Shown: in pieces, positions 18,798 through 35,600 of the stretch
Numbering within the stretch: position 1 is the stretch's first letter
How the letters are laid out: each line of letters begins with the position of its first letter
Origin: the human T2T-CHM13v2.0 reference genome, Homo sapiens
Strand: one strand, 5' to 3'
Assembly (NCBI RefSeq): GCF_009914755.1
Contig: NC_060938.1
DNA: 64,000 bases
The notes under the pieces: model-generated
Told to the model about the DNA's origin: nothing
The model's database searches: none
Seen by the model: only the letters and a program-made list of their open reading frames with translations
Made by a program: the position numbers and the translations under genes

Positions 18798-19689
18798 TAG
18801 TTCCTAATTTAGAGCCACATTGTTTAATGTCTAAAAGCACTCTTGCATATTTATTACTGCATTGTTTGAACTTAAATATCCACAACAGGATAACAGGATA
18901 ATTAAACAGTTAATTGCACTATGGCACATCCATCTGTTAACAAAATGAAGTCGATCTTTTTGTACTGTGGTGGAAAGATTTTCTGAACATAGTTCAGGTA
19001 AAAAAATGACCACTGTTGAATAATGCTTCTGGTATAACACAAAGTGTTTGAAAATGTACACAATACACTGTAATATCCAATGCATACATCAAAGTAAACA
19101 TATTTTATTCTAGGATAATTATTAAAACATTAAGAAATACTCTTTAATCATATATGTTAAAACTTGTAGAAAATCAATAACATACAAGTAAAGAAGATCA
19201 AGAAGTCAAAAAAAGTAATTCCAAGTGTAGAAAGCATGGTGAAAAGTGATGGAAGAAAACTGCAGAAATTTAAAATGTGAAATTAAAATATATAATTATT
19301 AATCAAAATACATAATTCTTAATTAAAATACATAATTCTTCATTGAACCCCGAATCTGTCAGGACATATGTGTGATCTTGGATAACGCATTCAACCTCCT
19401 GAACACTGAATTTCCTTGACTGTAAAATGTTTTAGAGATGTTCCTCACCCGGTTGCATGAAGCAAATCTCTGTGTGTTAAGGCACTTCCCACAGCATCTG
19501 CGACACAGAACAGTGGCATCTGTGCTCTTCGTAGTCTCTGAACACAGACCCACAGCAGTATATTTTGTGTTTTTTTTTCTATATAAAAGGCTTTGAAAAT
19601 GTCCCACAGCTTCCTCAGTAAGTGACTGTCAAAAGGGGCAGCCTTCAAAAGTAGAATTCTGGCAAATGTCTTCAAAAGACACAAAATTA

Positions 19690-20050
19690 TGGCAATGGGC
19701 ACATTTCCCTCCTGCCTTGCTCTTCTGGATGCATCCATTCTCTCTCACAGCATAGACATTTTCTTCCACTCCACTGTAGAAATTTTCCTTCTAGTGGCAA
19801 GAGTGACGTGAGTGATATGTGGAAATTTCTTTCCAAGCGTGTTGGAGAAGCTTCCTCTGCCTGCTTCTTTTTGGCCACCTCCTGCCAGGGTAAGAGCAGA
19901 GGGCCTCCAGGGCTGCTCTGTCACCCCCAACAGCATGGACCTCACTGCAGTCACTCCGGAAGCTTCCCTCTAAAGGAAGCTTGTGCAGGAAACATCATGC
20001 ATCGAGCAGCATGGGGACAGGGGCTGGCCAGCAGGGCAGGTCTCACACTC
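19690..20050 (-). pseudogene. possible degenerate 3' exon of the TBC1D3/TBC1D26-family pseudogene
   Basis: short peptide echoes only: SPCPHAAR vs TBC1D3 TPCPGGAVR and KFLQWS vs RFLQWN (recalled), in the expected order downstream of the other exons. Confidence 0.3.
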
Positions 20051-20884
20051 CTGACACTCAGACTCCAGGATACTCCTCTGTCCCCACCCAGGGCAGATCC
20101 ATGCCCTAAAAGTTTTCCCCTCATGTCCAGCAAATGCTGCATGGAGCCCTGGATTTCTACGTGGAAAGCTAGGAGGAGGGAGAGCTGAAATGAGGATGTA
20201 ATCACCCTTTCCAAAGAGGTCAGTCCAGTACTACCATGTGCTCCTGGGCAAGCTCTCCAGGTTGAGGGAACAGGAGCAGGGGTTATGTCAGGTGAAGGTT
20301 GAAGTGAGAGACCTCCCAGGAGGTGTAGAATATTCCACTAGGGACATCTCATACCCTTCCAGGATTAGACCTTGAGGCCTGGAGATCCCCAGGCAATTAG
20401 TATTGAAGGTCGAAAGGCCAATGACAGGAATAGGAAGGCCCACTGTGTCATTCACAAAGCACTTCCAAACCCATCACCACAGGTGACCCTCACAACAACC
20501 CTGTGAGACCTGCAGGACAGGGGCTCTCACAAAGGAGGTGTCGGGAATGTCAAGATTTTAACACCTTCTCCAAGTCAGGATCAGGAAACGCTGTCCCAGC
20601 ACTGACCTATATTCCCTATGCTTCCTCCCACAAAACAGCTTAGGGTGACTGATAACTTGTGGGCAGAGACCCTCACTTCCAATCCCCACAAGGGGCTGTG
20701 CAGTGGGGAGGACGAGGCCCCCTCCTCTGACTGTCTCCTCCAAGACCCTGTTTTCTGAGGAAGGTCACTCTGGGAACTGTTGGCCTCTGCAGATGGGGGC
20801 CTGGACCATGTGGAAAGATGATGTGAAGGTCACACCTGGCAGGCACCAGCGCTGGAGGGCAAACCTCACCTTTAAAACTCACAC

Positions 20885-21030
20885 TTTTTTAAAAAATTTA
20901 TTTTTATTTTTAATTTATATGAGTACATGGTAGGTGTATATATTTATGGGGTACATGAGATAGTTTGACACAGGCATGCAATGTGTAATAAACACATCAG
21001 GGTAAATGGGGCATTCATCACCTCAAGCAA
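20885..21030 (-). mobile_element. L1MA-type 3' end fragment
   Basis: gtacatggtaggtgtatatatttatggggtacatgaga...catcacctcaagca with T-rich tail. Confidence 0.8.
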
Positions 21031-21216
21031 GGGAAATGCCAGCTGCTTATAAAACCATCAGATCACATGAGAACTCACTTACTATCATGAGAACAGCATG
21101 GGGAAACTGCCGCCATGATTCAGTTACCTCTCACTGGGTCCCTCCCAGGACACATGAGGATTATGGAAATTACAGTTCAAGATGAGATTTGGGTGGCAAC
21201 GCAGCCAAACCATATC
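21031..21216 (-). mobile_element. THE1/MSTA LTR 5' fragment
   Basis: aagatgagatttgggtgg...cagccaaaccatatca terminus. Confidence 0.85.
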
Positions 21217-21429
21217 ACCTTATAAAATGAATAATGTGGAAATAGCAGCGGGCCTGAATCCTGACCCCTGCTGTGTGATGCCCCCTCTTGAGGAGGGCCT
21301 GGCTTCTGTGCCATGCAGAAACTTTCCTGTGCTTCCTGCTGACTTGGGGTGAACCAGGTCTTCCTGGGGGAGCTGGGCTCTTGTGGGACAGGAGAGTCCC
21401 TGTCCTGGGGTCTCCATTTGTCTCCTTAC

Positions 21430-22789
<1,360 letters not shown>

Positions 22790-25206
22790 TCACCATGGAA
22801 GCAAGTCACCTGAGAGGGCTGAGGCCATCTGGGAGGACTCATGTCACTGGAGAGGACAGAGATAACCTGGGAGACCTCCCTCAGGCCCTAGGGGATTTAG
22901 GGTGCAGACTCTGCACCCCTCCCCTGACCCTGGGCATGAGGACTAAGCAAGTCCCCCACAACTCAGTTGAAAAGGGACCTGGAGGGACTTCTGCAGTGAG
23001 TGTCCAACCTCACATGGTCTGAAGGGGCACAGGCAAGGATCATTCACATCCCCTATCCTGGGCCAGGCTGGGAAGGCCAGTGTGCCAGGACTGGGGCAGC
23101 ACCTGTGAACCGCACCCACCACAAGGGCAGGTGGTGGGCCACTGATCACCACACAGTGGGTCCTGTGATGGCCCAGGGGCTGCCTGCCAGGCACAGGAGG
23201 GCGGCTGGGTCCAGACCCCATGTGAGCAGCCCATGGAGTGATCTCAGCGGCTCTCCCTGCCTGGAAGGGTCTGGGAAGTGGGGGCCAAGCAGGAACAGCC
23301 ACCTGGGTGACCTCCTCCCTATCTACTATGCTCCTACGGGGTTAAGGCAAAGGGGAAATTGGATCCCTGCCAGGTTTCCAATAAAGAGGCTTCCTCAGGA
23401 TGCAAACTCATTTCATGAAAAAAAGCCTGGCCCCATCAGGCACCTCAGCAGCTTGTCAAACATGTCTCCTGCAAGGACTATCCTGTGTGCAACACTGCTA
23501 AGCTCCTTGTTTGGGGCAACACCAGGAAGGGAGGGTCATTTCTTCTTCCAAGATGTGGTGGTTGGGTCCAGGTGACATCAACAGTCTGGGCCCTGACCCC
23601 TTTCCATCTCAGTGGGACCCCTTGAGACACCAGCTTTCCTTCCTTGCTTGGGTGTCCACGCCAGCAGTTCTACCTACTACGTTATTACAGCCAGATCAGG
23701 ATCAATGTCCTCTCTCTGGAATAAATGCAACGACCACTGTTCTTTGAGCATTATTTATCTTAAATTATTGTTTTAATTAGATATGTATCTCACTTATATT
23801 AGCCAAATTTCCTTTCAATGTAACCAAATTTCTTTTAAGTGAAAATTAAATATTTACCTTCATCAAGCATTCTATGAATATAAAATGTTTATTTTTTTCA
23901 ACTTTAGAAGAAATTGAAAATGTCTACATGCTACTAATCTAAAAAACAGGCTCTGGGTTTATATGGTGTTAACCTTTCTTCCAAATTTTAAGGAATAGAT
24001 ATTTAAATGCCATCCACTTTGTTTTAAAATACATAAAATGTTTTAAGCTTTTGACCTCAAAATTTACAGTAGCACAGCTATTCCACAATGAATAAACCAC
24101 AGAATCAAAACAAAGAAAGATTCTACAGACCAGTCTAACCAACAAGACAATTATAAACTAGTGGTTCAAATATCAAAAACCAATTTCAATGACAAATGCA
24201 TGGTATGAAAACCCTGCAAATGTCAAGTAGAATATATTATACTTGAATGAAATTATGAGTTGAGAGTAGGAAATCTATGTTTAACCAAGCAAATTAAATA
24301 AAGTTTATGAGGAAATTATACTGCTAATGTTTTATTATTTGGCAAGCTATTCAGTGGAACACAAAGATATTCTTAATGAAGTCGAAAATATATTTTAAAA
24401 TGTGACTGAAGTGGATTAAAAAATAATGAGGACATGAATAACTTTAAAAAGTATTCAGGGATAAAGAGAGAAAAATAAATTTAGATTTCATACATACATA
24501 AAATATATTTAAAAAGTTATGTTTTTTGGTTGCTTGAATAAAAGGAACAGATATTTAAATTCCATGCCTTTCATTTTAAAGTTTAGGAATTGCTTATAGC
24601 TTTCCACACTGACTTTTATACTAACACAGTTAATCTAATCGAGGGATAACAAAATCAAAACAAGCAGAATTCTCTTGACCAATCTATTTTCTTGATTTTT
24701 AAAAGTCAATGTACTCTCAAAGAAACAAGACTATTATTCGTAGATTCTGTTATTTGAAAATATTTACTGGTCATTTTTACCTTACACCAAGTGATCTCCA
24801 GCTCATGGAAAAATATGTAAAGTTGCCCAGCTTCATTAAGCTTAAACTCTTCTGAAGGAGAAAAGAAGCAATGGAGTAGGGACATTAAAGCAGGAGTTTG
24901 GTGATATGGCTGAGACTTCTACTTGCACACTGTGGTAGCTGTGTGGAGACTGGATTGAAAAAAGGGCAATGACAGAAGCTTAAATTAGTATCAAATATGG
25001 CAATCCTATAATTTTAAGGGTCCTTGAAATAAGAGTGTATAATAGTTCTCATTATTTCCCCAAGAAATCTGTGCACTTGGCCTTGTGTGGAAAGCGCTAT
25101 AGTTACCAAGTGGTGGGGGTGGGAAGGTGAATTTTCAACAACATTTGGAATTACTACACTTTAAAGGTAAAGCTGGCAGGAATTCCATACACATCAGATC
25201 TGAAAA

Positions 25207-25340
25207 TGTGTGTGTGTGTGTGTGTGTGTGTCTGTCTGTGTGTGTTTGTGTGTGTGTGAAGCAGGGAAAGAGAGCAAGAGTGAGAGTGAGCAAGAGAGAG
25301 AGGAGAGAGAGGGAGAGAATCAGACAGATACAGGAAGAGA
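25207..25340. repeat. (TG)n followed by GA-rich microsatellite
   Basis: direct inspection. Confidence 0.9.
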
Positions 25341-25399
25341 GTGACAGAGCTACAGAGACAGAATTAAAAGGGGACACCAAGAATATTGAGCTGAGAAAC

Positions 25400-25940
25400 T
25401 ATAAAATGGGAGTTGCCATTAAACAGAATGGGGAAGAGCAAATTTTGGGAGTTTCAGTGGCTCCATACAGACATATTAATTTTGAGATTCTTAACTGACA
25501 TCCACGTGGAAAAGTCAGGGAGTGTTGGGTGTAGTGTCCAGTGTTTAGGTGTAATATGAAATATCAGGAAATTAATGACACAAAAATTAGTAAGAAAGCA
25601 AAGATAAGAAAGATAAGAAGTCAAAGTCCTGAGCCTAATGGTCCTCTAACATTTAAAAAATAGTAAAGATGAAACCTGCAAAAAAGGACTAGGGGTAATT
25701 ATCAAAAACGTGGTGGGGGGAAAGTAAGTTAAGTGTTCTGGAATTCTATAAAAAAGTTTTACAAAGAGAAGGTGGAGATCAACTGTGTGAAATGCTGCTG
25801 ATATATAAATTAAGATGAAGGCCGAGAAGTTATGGTTCAATTTATAATTTAACAATATGGATAGCACTTATATTTTGATATGAGCAGCTCGTTGGAATGA
25901 GTAGGTGAGAAACCATATTGGAGTGGTTGCTGAGATGAAA
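25400..25940 (+). mobile_element. degenerate L2 fragments
   Basis: L2-like motifs (gttgccattaaacagaatgggg, gatcaactgtgtgaaatgctgctga). Confidence 0.5.
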
Positions 25941-26109
25941 GTCTGATCCCTGGATTCTTAAGGAAAAATTTTATTGGACTACAGAGGCATAAATTGGATT
26001 TTTAATTCTGGAGTCAGGAATGTGCTCAGTAAACATGTGCCCATCAATGCCTCCTTGCATTTTTTTTTTAGCTAGGTATTCTGTTATCTTTTAATAATAT
26101 AATAATTAC

Positions 26110-26555
<446 letters not shown>

Positions 26556-26861
26556 ACACCCATTTAATTGACAAACTTTACAAAGACTGATACTAGAGGT
26601 TGTTGGAGAGGACGTTGTTCCACATATCTTATGAGTTGCCGATGGACAAGTAAGATGGTAAAATGTCTTTGAAAAACTGACCATACCTGCTATACTTAAA
26701 TATTCAGACACCAAACACCCAGAAATTCCATCTTGTCATTTATTTCCACAAGAAAAAACAAGAGACCTGTATTAAAATATTGATTTCTATTAAAAATAAT
26801 CACACTAGGTTTCCTGAAATTTTTTTGTTGGTAGCTCTTGTTTTCAGCAGTACAACTTCCA

Positions 26862-27656
<795 letters not shown>

Positions 27657-28193
27657 TAACTTAAATAAGTTATTATTTATAACATCTATATACAAACAAT
27701 ATATTACCTGAGAATACAGTGATAACACGTTATGTATAAAATGATTTCAATCTCAGTTAAAAATATTTTTGCATGAGTTATTGTCATATGCAGATGCTCA
27801 CATTGTTTTGTTTAGATGAAAATATTTGTAACTACTATGCACATTTTTGTTACTTAAGCCTTTTGGTCTTGCTGCCGTAGCAAATCCTGTGCCTCTTAAG
27901 AACATGAACCTCTTTTACTTCATTTTTTAGCAGATTTCTTAATGAAATATATACCATACTATTTTGTTTAACACATAAGCAGACACCCTGTCAGAAGCAA
28001 AGAGACATCTATTCCACCATTACCACCCATGCCTCTGCTAATGTGGCTGCTGAAGATGTTACCTAGAGCAGAGGACTTTGTGTTCAACCTAAGCACTTTA
28101 TATCCTTTATTTTCAACTGGGTAGGAGATAAAATAATTCAGCAGCAATAAAAGTCACACTTCTTAAAGTTGCAGTCTCACCAATGCAACACAA

Positions 28194-28757
28194 TGTAGCA
28201 GTCTCTCTTGTGAGGTATCACCTTGAGTTCTTCATCTCACCACCAAGATGATTAAGGAACGGGGACACACGGGTGAGGTGGGAGTGAAAGTTTAATAAGC
28301 AAAAGGAGGAAGCTCTCTGCAGCAGACAAGGGCGTCCAAGTGGATTGCCGTTTTTACAGTTGAATCAAAAAGCTTTTATAAGAAACTCCTCTCAGCTATA
28401 TATAAAACTGTCTGCACAATTCCCTTTATATATCCAGCTGTGGGTATGTCTCTAGTCAAGCACAAAGTGGGCTTCTCCTGTTTGTATAACTGTGGGTTTG
28501 TTTTAGGTAAGCCCCCCTCCTCCCTGTGCAAGTTCCCACAGAGGCCGCCATGTATATGCCTGAAAAGGGGAGGAAAATTTTACCTGGGAGCTTGCCAATT
28601 ACACAAAGAACAGAAGGCATCGGTGCTGGACCCTGCATGCTTATCTGTTCAGGGCTTATCTGTAGGTGCAGTAGTTGTGATTTTTCAGGCAGACAGCTTC
28701 CCTGAGGACCAGTCTCTTACTTGTTTACTCAACTAATTTTCCTTTCCTTCTCCCTCA
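28194..28757 (-). mobile_element. ERV1 (MER4-group) solo LTR
   Basis: TG...CA ends, 564 bp, near-TSD acaa/acat; subfamily uncertain. Confidence 0.65.
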
Positions 28758-29231
28758 ACATTATGCAGCAAAACAGATTACACTTCTCTTTCCCAGTAAA
28801 TCAGTGTTGGTACTCCACTCTGAATACTTGTATTATTGGATTTCTTAGAAAAAAATATTTGGGATTATAATTTAGATGCCATCAAACAATGAACAAAAAT
28901 ATGCTACTTCGTTTCCCTTCTCTTCTCTTGTTACCAGACAATAGCTAGTTTTCTTTTCTCTCCAACTCCTTTTTTCTGTGCTTCTACCTGATTTTTAAAA
29001 ACACTTCTACACATTTCCAATCTTAGTATAGCAGACATCAAATACGTGGTCAAACTACATACATAGGAAGAGTTGAATTATCTAATTATATTCAAGCAGT
29101 TTAAAATATTTCCCCTTCAGTTTGCTTTGCAGTTATTTTACATAATCAAATGTCTTCCTGATATACATCCCAACCCAGTGGTTGTCAAGCTCTGCTTTGT
29201 TTTCTAATTGCATCAGAATTATCCACAATTC

Positions 29232-29525
<294 letters not shown>

Positions 29526-29990
29526 TAAATCAGCACAACTCAAGATTTAATACAAATTTCCAAGAGAAGAAACCCAGGAATATGCATTGAAAACGTCTCC
29601 CTCAGGTGATTCTGATGTGATATGTGGTCTGAGTCTAAAATGCAAGGAAAATTACCTTCCCTGCCCTCCAGTTGGCCCTTATGTCCAGATGTCCCTCTTC
29701 CCCTTTCTCATTGTGCTCTCTCCTTCTGTGCCTTTGTTCTATTCTCCCTCCACTTCTCATCCAGATGCCAAGCCCTCTTCCATCAATTGTCCTAAACTCC
29801 AAATGGTCAGTTGCCTCTATACTTCCCTCTGTCCCATGAACAAGTTACTCAGGCAAACGTAGAATTTCGGCTTGGACCAAGCTGAATCAAGAGCTGCAAT
29901 TAAAGATTCCCCTAAGCCCGGAGGGGACCAGCAAACACTTATAGAAGATTTTGGATTTCCTCCGAATGCATAAGGCTCTGGGTAACCTGA

Positions 29991-30350
29991 TGCTACAGAC
30001 CAAATGTTATTGTCCCCCTCAAATTCAAGTGCTGAAATCTAATTCCCTATGGGATGATATTTGGAGGTAGGGCCTTGGGGAATGATTAGATCATGAAGGC
30101 AGGGACCACAGGAATGGGATTAGTAGCCCCTATTGAAGGCACCATAGAAAGCTCCCTCATCCCTTCTGTCATGTGAGGACATGGTAGAAACATGGCTGTC
30201 TATGAACCACAAAGCAAGCCCACACCAGACATGGAATCTGCTAACCACTTGACCTTGAATTTTGCCATCTCCAGAACAGAGAGAAACAAATTTGTTTATA
30301 AGCTTCCTCATCTATGGCATTCTGTTTTGACCCCAGATTAGCTAAAAACA
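29991..30350 (+). mobile_element. MaLR LTR (MLT1A-like)
   Basis: tgcta...ttggaggtagggccttgggg...gctaaaaaca, 360 bp. Confidence 0.75.
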
Positions 30351-30659
30351 CCAAAATATCAACTTGTACATCAAATTTTCGAAATGGATGCTAAAACTTT
30401 GATAGCAAAAGGTGACTGATCTGCCTGAGAAATGAACCTACATGATCCCTCTTTCCACAAAGCTGGAGGGAGAGTCAACACAAGCAAAAATAGGTCAAAG
30501 TCTTCTAAAAGCCATACCTGAAGGGTTTTCAATATCACTTGATCAGATGGTAATTTAATCACCCAAAGAACCACAACAAAATACACAACTATCAGAGGTT
30601 TTCAACGTCACCTCAAAAACACCATCTACAATATTAGGGAGTGAAAGAAGTCATGGAAG

Positions 30660-31873
<1,214 letters not shown>

Positions 31874-31927
31874 CTTGCTCTCTTGAGCATCTCCCACCAA
31901 GTGAGCTGGCTACAGGGCTAACTCTAG

Positions 31928-32525
<598 letters not shown>

Positions 32526-32689
32526 TGGTTACCAGAATTCTAAGTTCTGTTAGGGTCTGTTGCCAAAGAAGTGAGGTTGCTTCTTTAAGGTTCCATCCCC
32601 TCAGCCTCCCCCTTCCAGAAGACCTACGCAGGACCCCAGTGGGCTTCTGACTGCTCATCCTCCCCATAGGTCAACTCCTTACCTGTACA

Positions 32690-35600
32690 CAGTTATGTCC
32701 ACCCAGGGCCTACTTGGACACCTGCACCTGATGTTCACCAGGGGCTTAGGAATCCACTTGGGGCCTGGGATCCTACAGGGGCCTAATGTTACCCTGCAGA
32801 TTGAGTAGCCACCTGGGGACCAGGTATCAACCTGGGGACTGTGGTTGACCTGTGGGTTAATGTCCACCTGGGGACTGGTTATTCAGCTGAGGCCTGATGC
32901 GTACCTGGGGCCGAATGTCCCCCTCAGGGTGAATTCCACCCAGATCCACCTGGGGCCTAATGTCTGCCTTAGATCTGTGTCCCACTGGGGCCTTGTGTTC
33001 ACCAGGGACTGGTATCCAGCTGTGGCCTGATGACCTACTGCATCCTGTTGCTCACCTACGGCCTGGTGTCTACCTGGGGCTTGGTGATCACCTGGGAACT
33101 GGATATTAACCTGGGGCCTGGGTGACCACTTAAGGCCTGATGTGTGCCTGGGGCCTGACTGTCCACCTGGGGACTGGGTGTCCACCTTGGGTCTGATGTC
33201 TACCTGAAGTTAGGTATCTACCTAAGGCTTGGTGTCTACCTGTGGCCTGATGTCCACATGAGTCTGGGGTTCGGTTGGGGCCTGCTGTACATCTGGGACC
33301 TTGGTGTCTATCTGAGGCCTGATGTCTACCTGGTGACTGCCATCCTCTTGAGGCCTGCTATCCACCTGGGAATGGTTTATCCATGGAAATGGTTATGTCC
33401 ACCTGGGGCTGGATGTTGCCCAGGGGCTAGATGTCCACCTGTGGCCCCGTGTCCACCTAGGGCCTGATGTCCACCTGGGACATGGTGTTCACCTGAGACC
33501 TGGGTGTTTACATAGGGCCTGATGTCCAGCTGGTGCCTAGGTGCCCACCGGGGGCCTTCTGTTAACCTGGGGACTGGTATCCAGCTGGGTCCTAATGACC
33601 ACCTGGGTTGAATTATTCACCTAGAGTTTGGTATTCACTTAGGGCTTGAGTGTCAGCCTTGGACCTGGTGTCCACCTGGGCCTTGGGTATCAAACTAGGG
33701 GTTTGGTATCCAGTTGAGACATCATTTGCACCTGGGGTCTGAGTGTTCGCATGAGGCCAGATGACCACTGGGGGCCTGAATGTCAACCTGGTGTCTGAAA
33801 TTCACTGGAAGCCTAGGTATCCACCTGGGGCCTGATGTCCACCTGGGACTAGGTGTCAACATGTGGCCTGATGTAAACCTCTAGTTGAGTGTCCACCTTG
33901 AGCCTGATGTCCACTGGGGGACTGATGTTCCCCTTTGATCTGATGTCTACCTGGAAACCGTGTATTCACCCATGGCCTGATGGTCACCTGGGGTTGAATG
34001 TCCAACTGTGACCAGATGTGCACCAGGATTCTGGGCATCCACGTGGGACCTGATGTTCAGCTGGGGCCTGGAGTTCACCTGAGGCATGATGCCTACCTGA
34101 AGCTTAATGTTCATCTGAGTGCTGGATGTTCACCTGGGGCCTGATATCCCCCTGGAGCCCAAGGACCCTTCTCAGGCCTGATGTCCACAAGTTGGCCTGG
34201 TATTCATCTGGGGCCTTCGTGTTAACCTGTGGCCTAATGTACTCCTGGGTTCTAGTGTCCTCTTGGGACCTGATGTCTACCAGGATCCAGGTATCCACCT
34301 GGGGCTCGGTATCCACCTAGGGCTTGATATTCACCTGGGGCCTAGGAATCCACTTGATAACTGGTGCCCATCGGGGTCCTGATGTTCACCTTGGGACTGG
34401 GTAACCACCTGAGGCCTGATGTCCACTTAGGGCATAAGTGTTTATCTGGGGTCTAGTGTTCACATAGGGTCTGATGTCAACCTTGAGCCCAGGTATTCAC
34501 CAGGGGACTAGTGTCCAGCTGGGACCAGATGTTCACTTGGGGCCTGGTGTCAACTTGGAGCACGGTTGTCAACCTAGGACCTGATGTCCAGTCCAGTGTC
34601 CACCTTGGGCCTGTTTACTACCCGGGGCCTGTGTGTCCACATAGACCATGGTGTCAATCTGGGGCCTGGGTATTTACCGGGCGCCTGGATATTCATTGGT
34701 ACATTATGTCTAGTGGAGTCTTTGTGTCAATCTGAGCTCTGATGTCTACCTAGAGATTGGGTATCCATCTAAGGCCTGGTGTTTACATGGGGCCTGTAAC
34801 ATGAGGTTCCAGATGAACTCAGATGTCCACCTGAGGCCTGATGTCCACCTGAGTTCTGAGTGTTCACATAGGGCCTGCTGTCAACTTGGGACCTAAGTAT
34901 TTACCTAGGGCCTGGGTGTCCACCTGGTGCCTGACTTCCAACTAGATCTTGTGTCAACATGGGGCCTGATGTCCACTTTGGGCCTAGGTAACTTCCTGAT
35001 GACTAATGCCCACATGGTTCCTAAGGACCATCTGAGGCCTGGTATTAATTTAGAGACTGGTATTCATCTGGGGTCCAGATATCCACTTGGGACCTGATGT
35101 TCACCTGGAGTATAGGAATTCACGTGGGGCCTGGTATCCACCTTAAGTGTGTGTATCCAATTGAGTGTGGTGTCCACCTGGAGTCCAGTGTATACCTGGG
35201 GCCTGATGTACATATGGAGCCTGGGCGTCTATCTAGGACCTGATGTTCAGATAAGGGCTGGCATTCTCCTGGCCTGGTGTCCACATGGAGCCTGGGTGTA
35301 CACTTGAAGCCTGATATCCCAGGTGGATACCTGGGCCCCAGTGGTCATCAGATCCTAGGAAACTCTCAGGCCCCAGGTGCACATAAAGCTACAGTGGCCA
35401 CCTAGGCCACAGGTTGATACACAGGGTCCAGGTGGACACTGGGTGCAAGATGAACACCAGGCCCCTGGTGAACGCCAAGCCCCAGGTGTCTGCCTAGTCC
35501 TCAACTGGACACCAGGCACTAGATTGACACACAGGTACCAGGTGGATATCAGGCTGCAGGTGAACATCAGGCCTCAGGTGGTTGGGTTACTTATAGCATA

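Noticed and set aside
19290-19340. 20-bp tandem duplication aattaaaatacataattctt
   Set aside because: Ordinary slippage in AT-rich DNA
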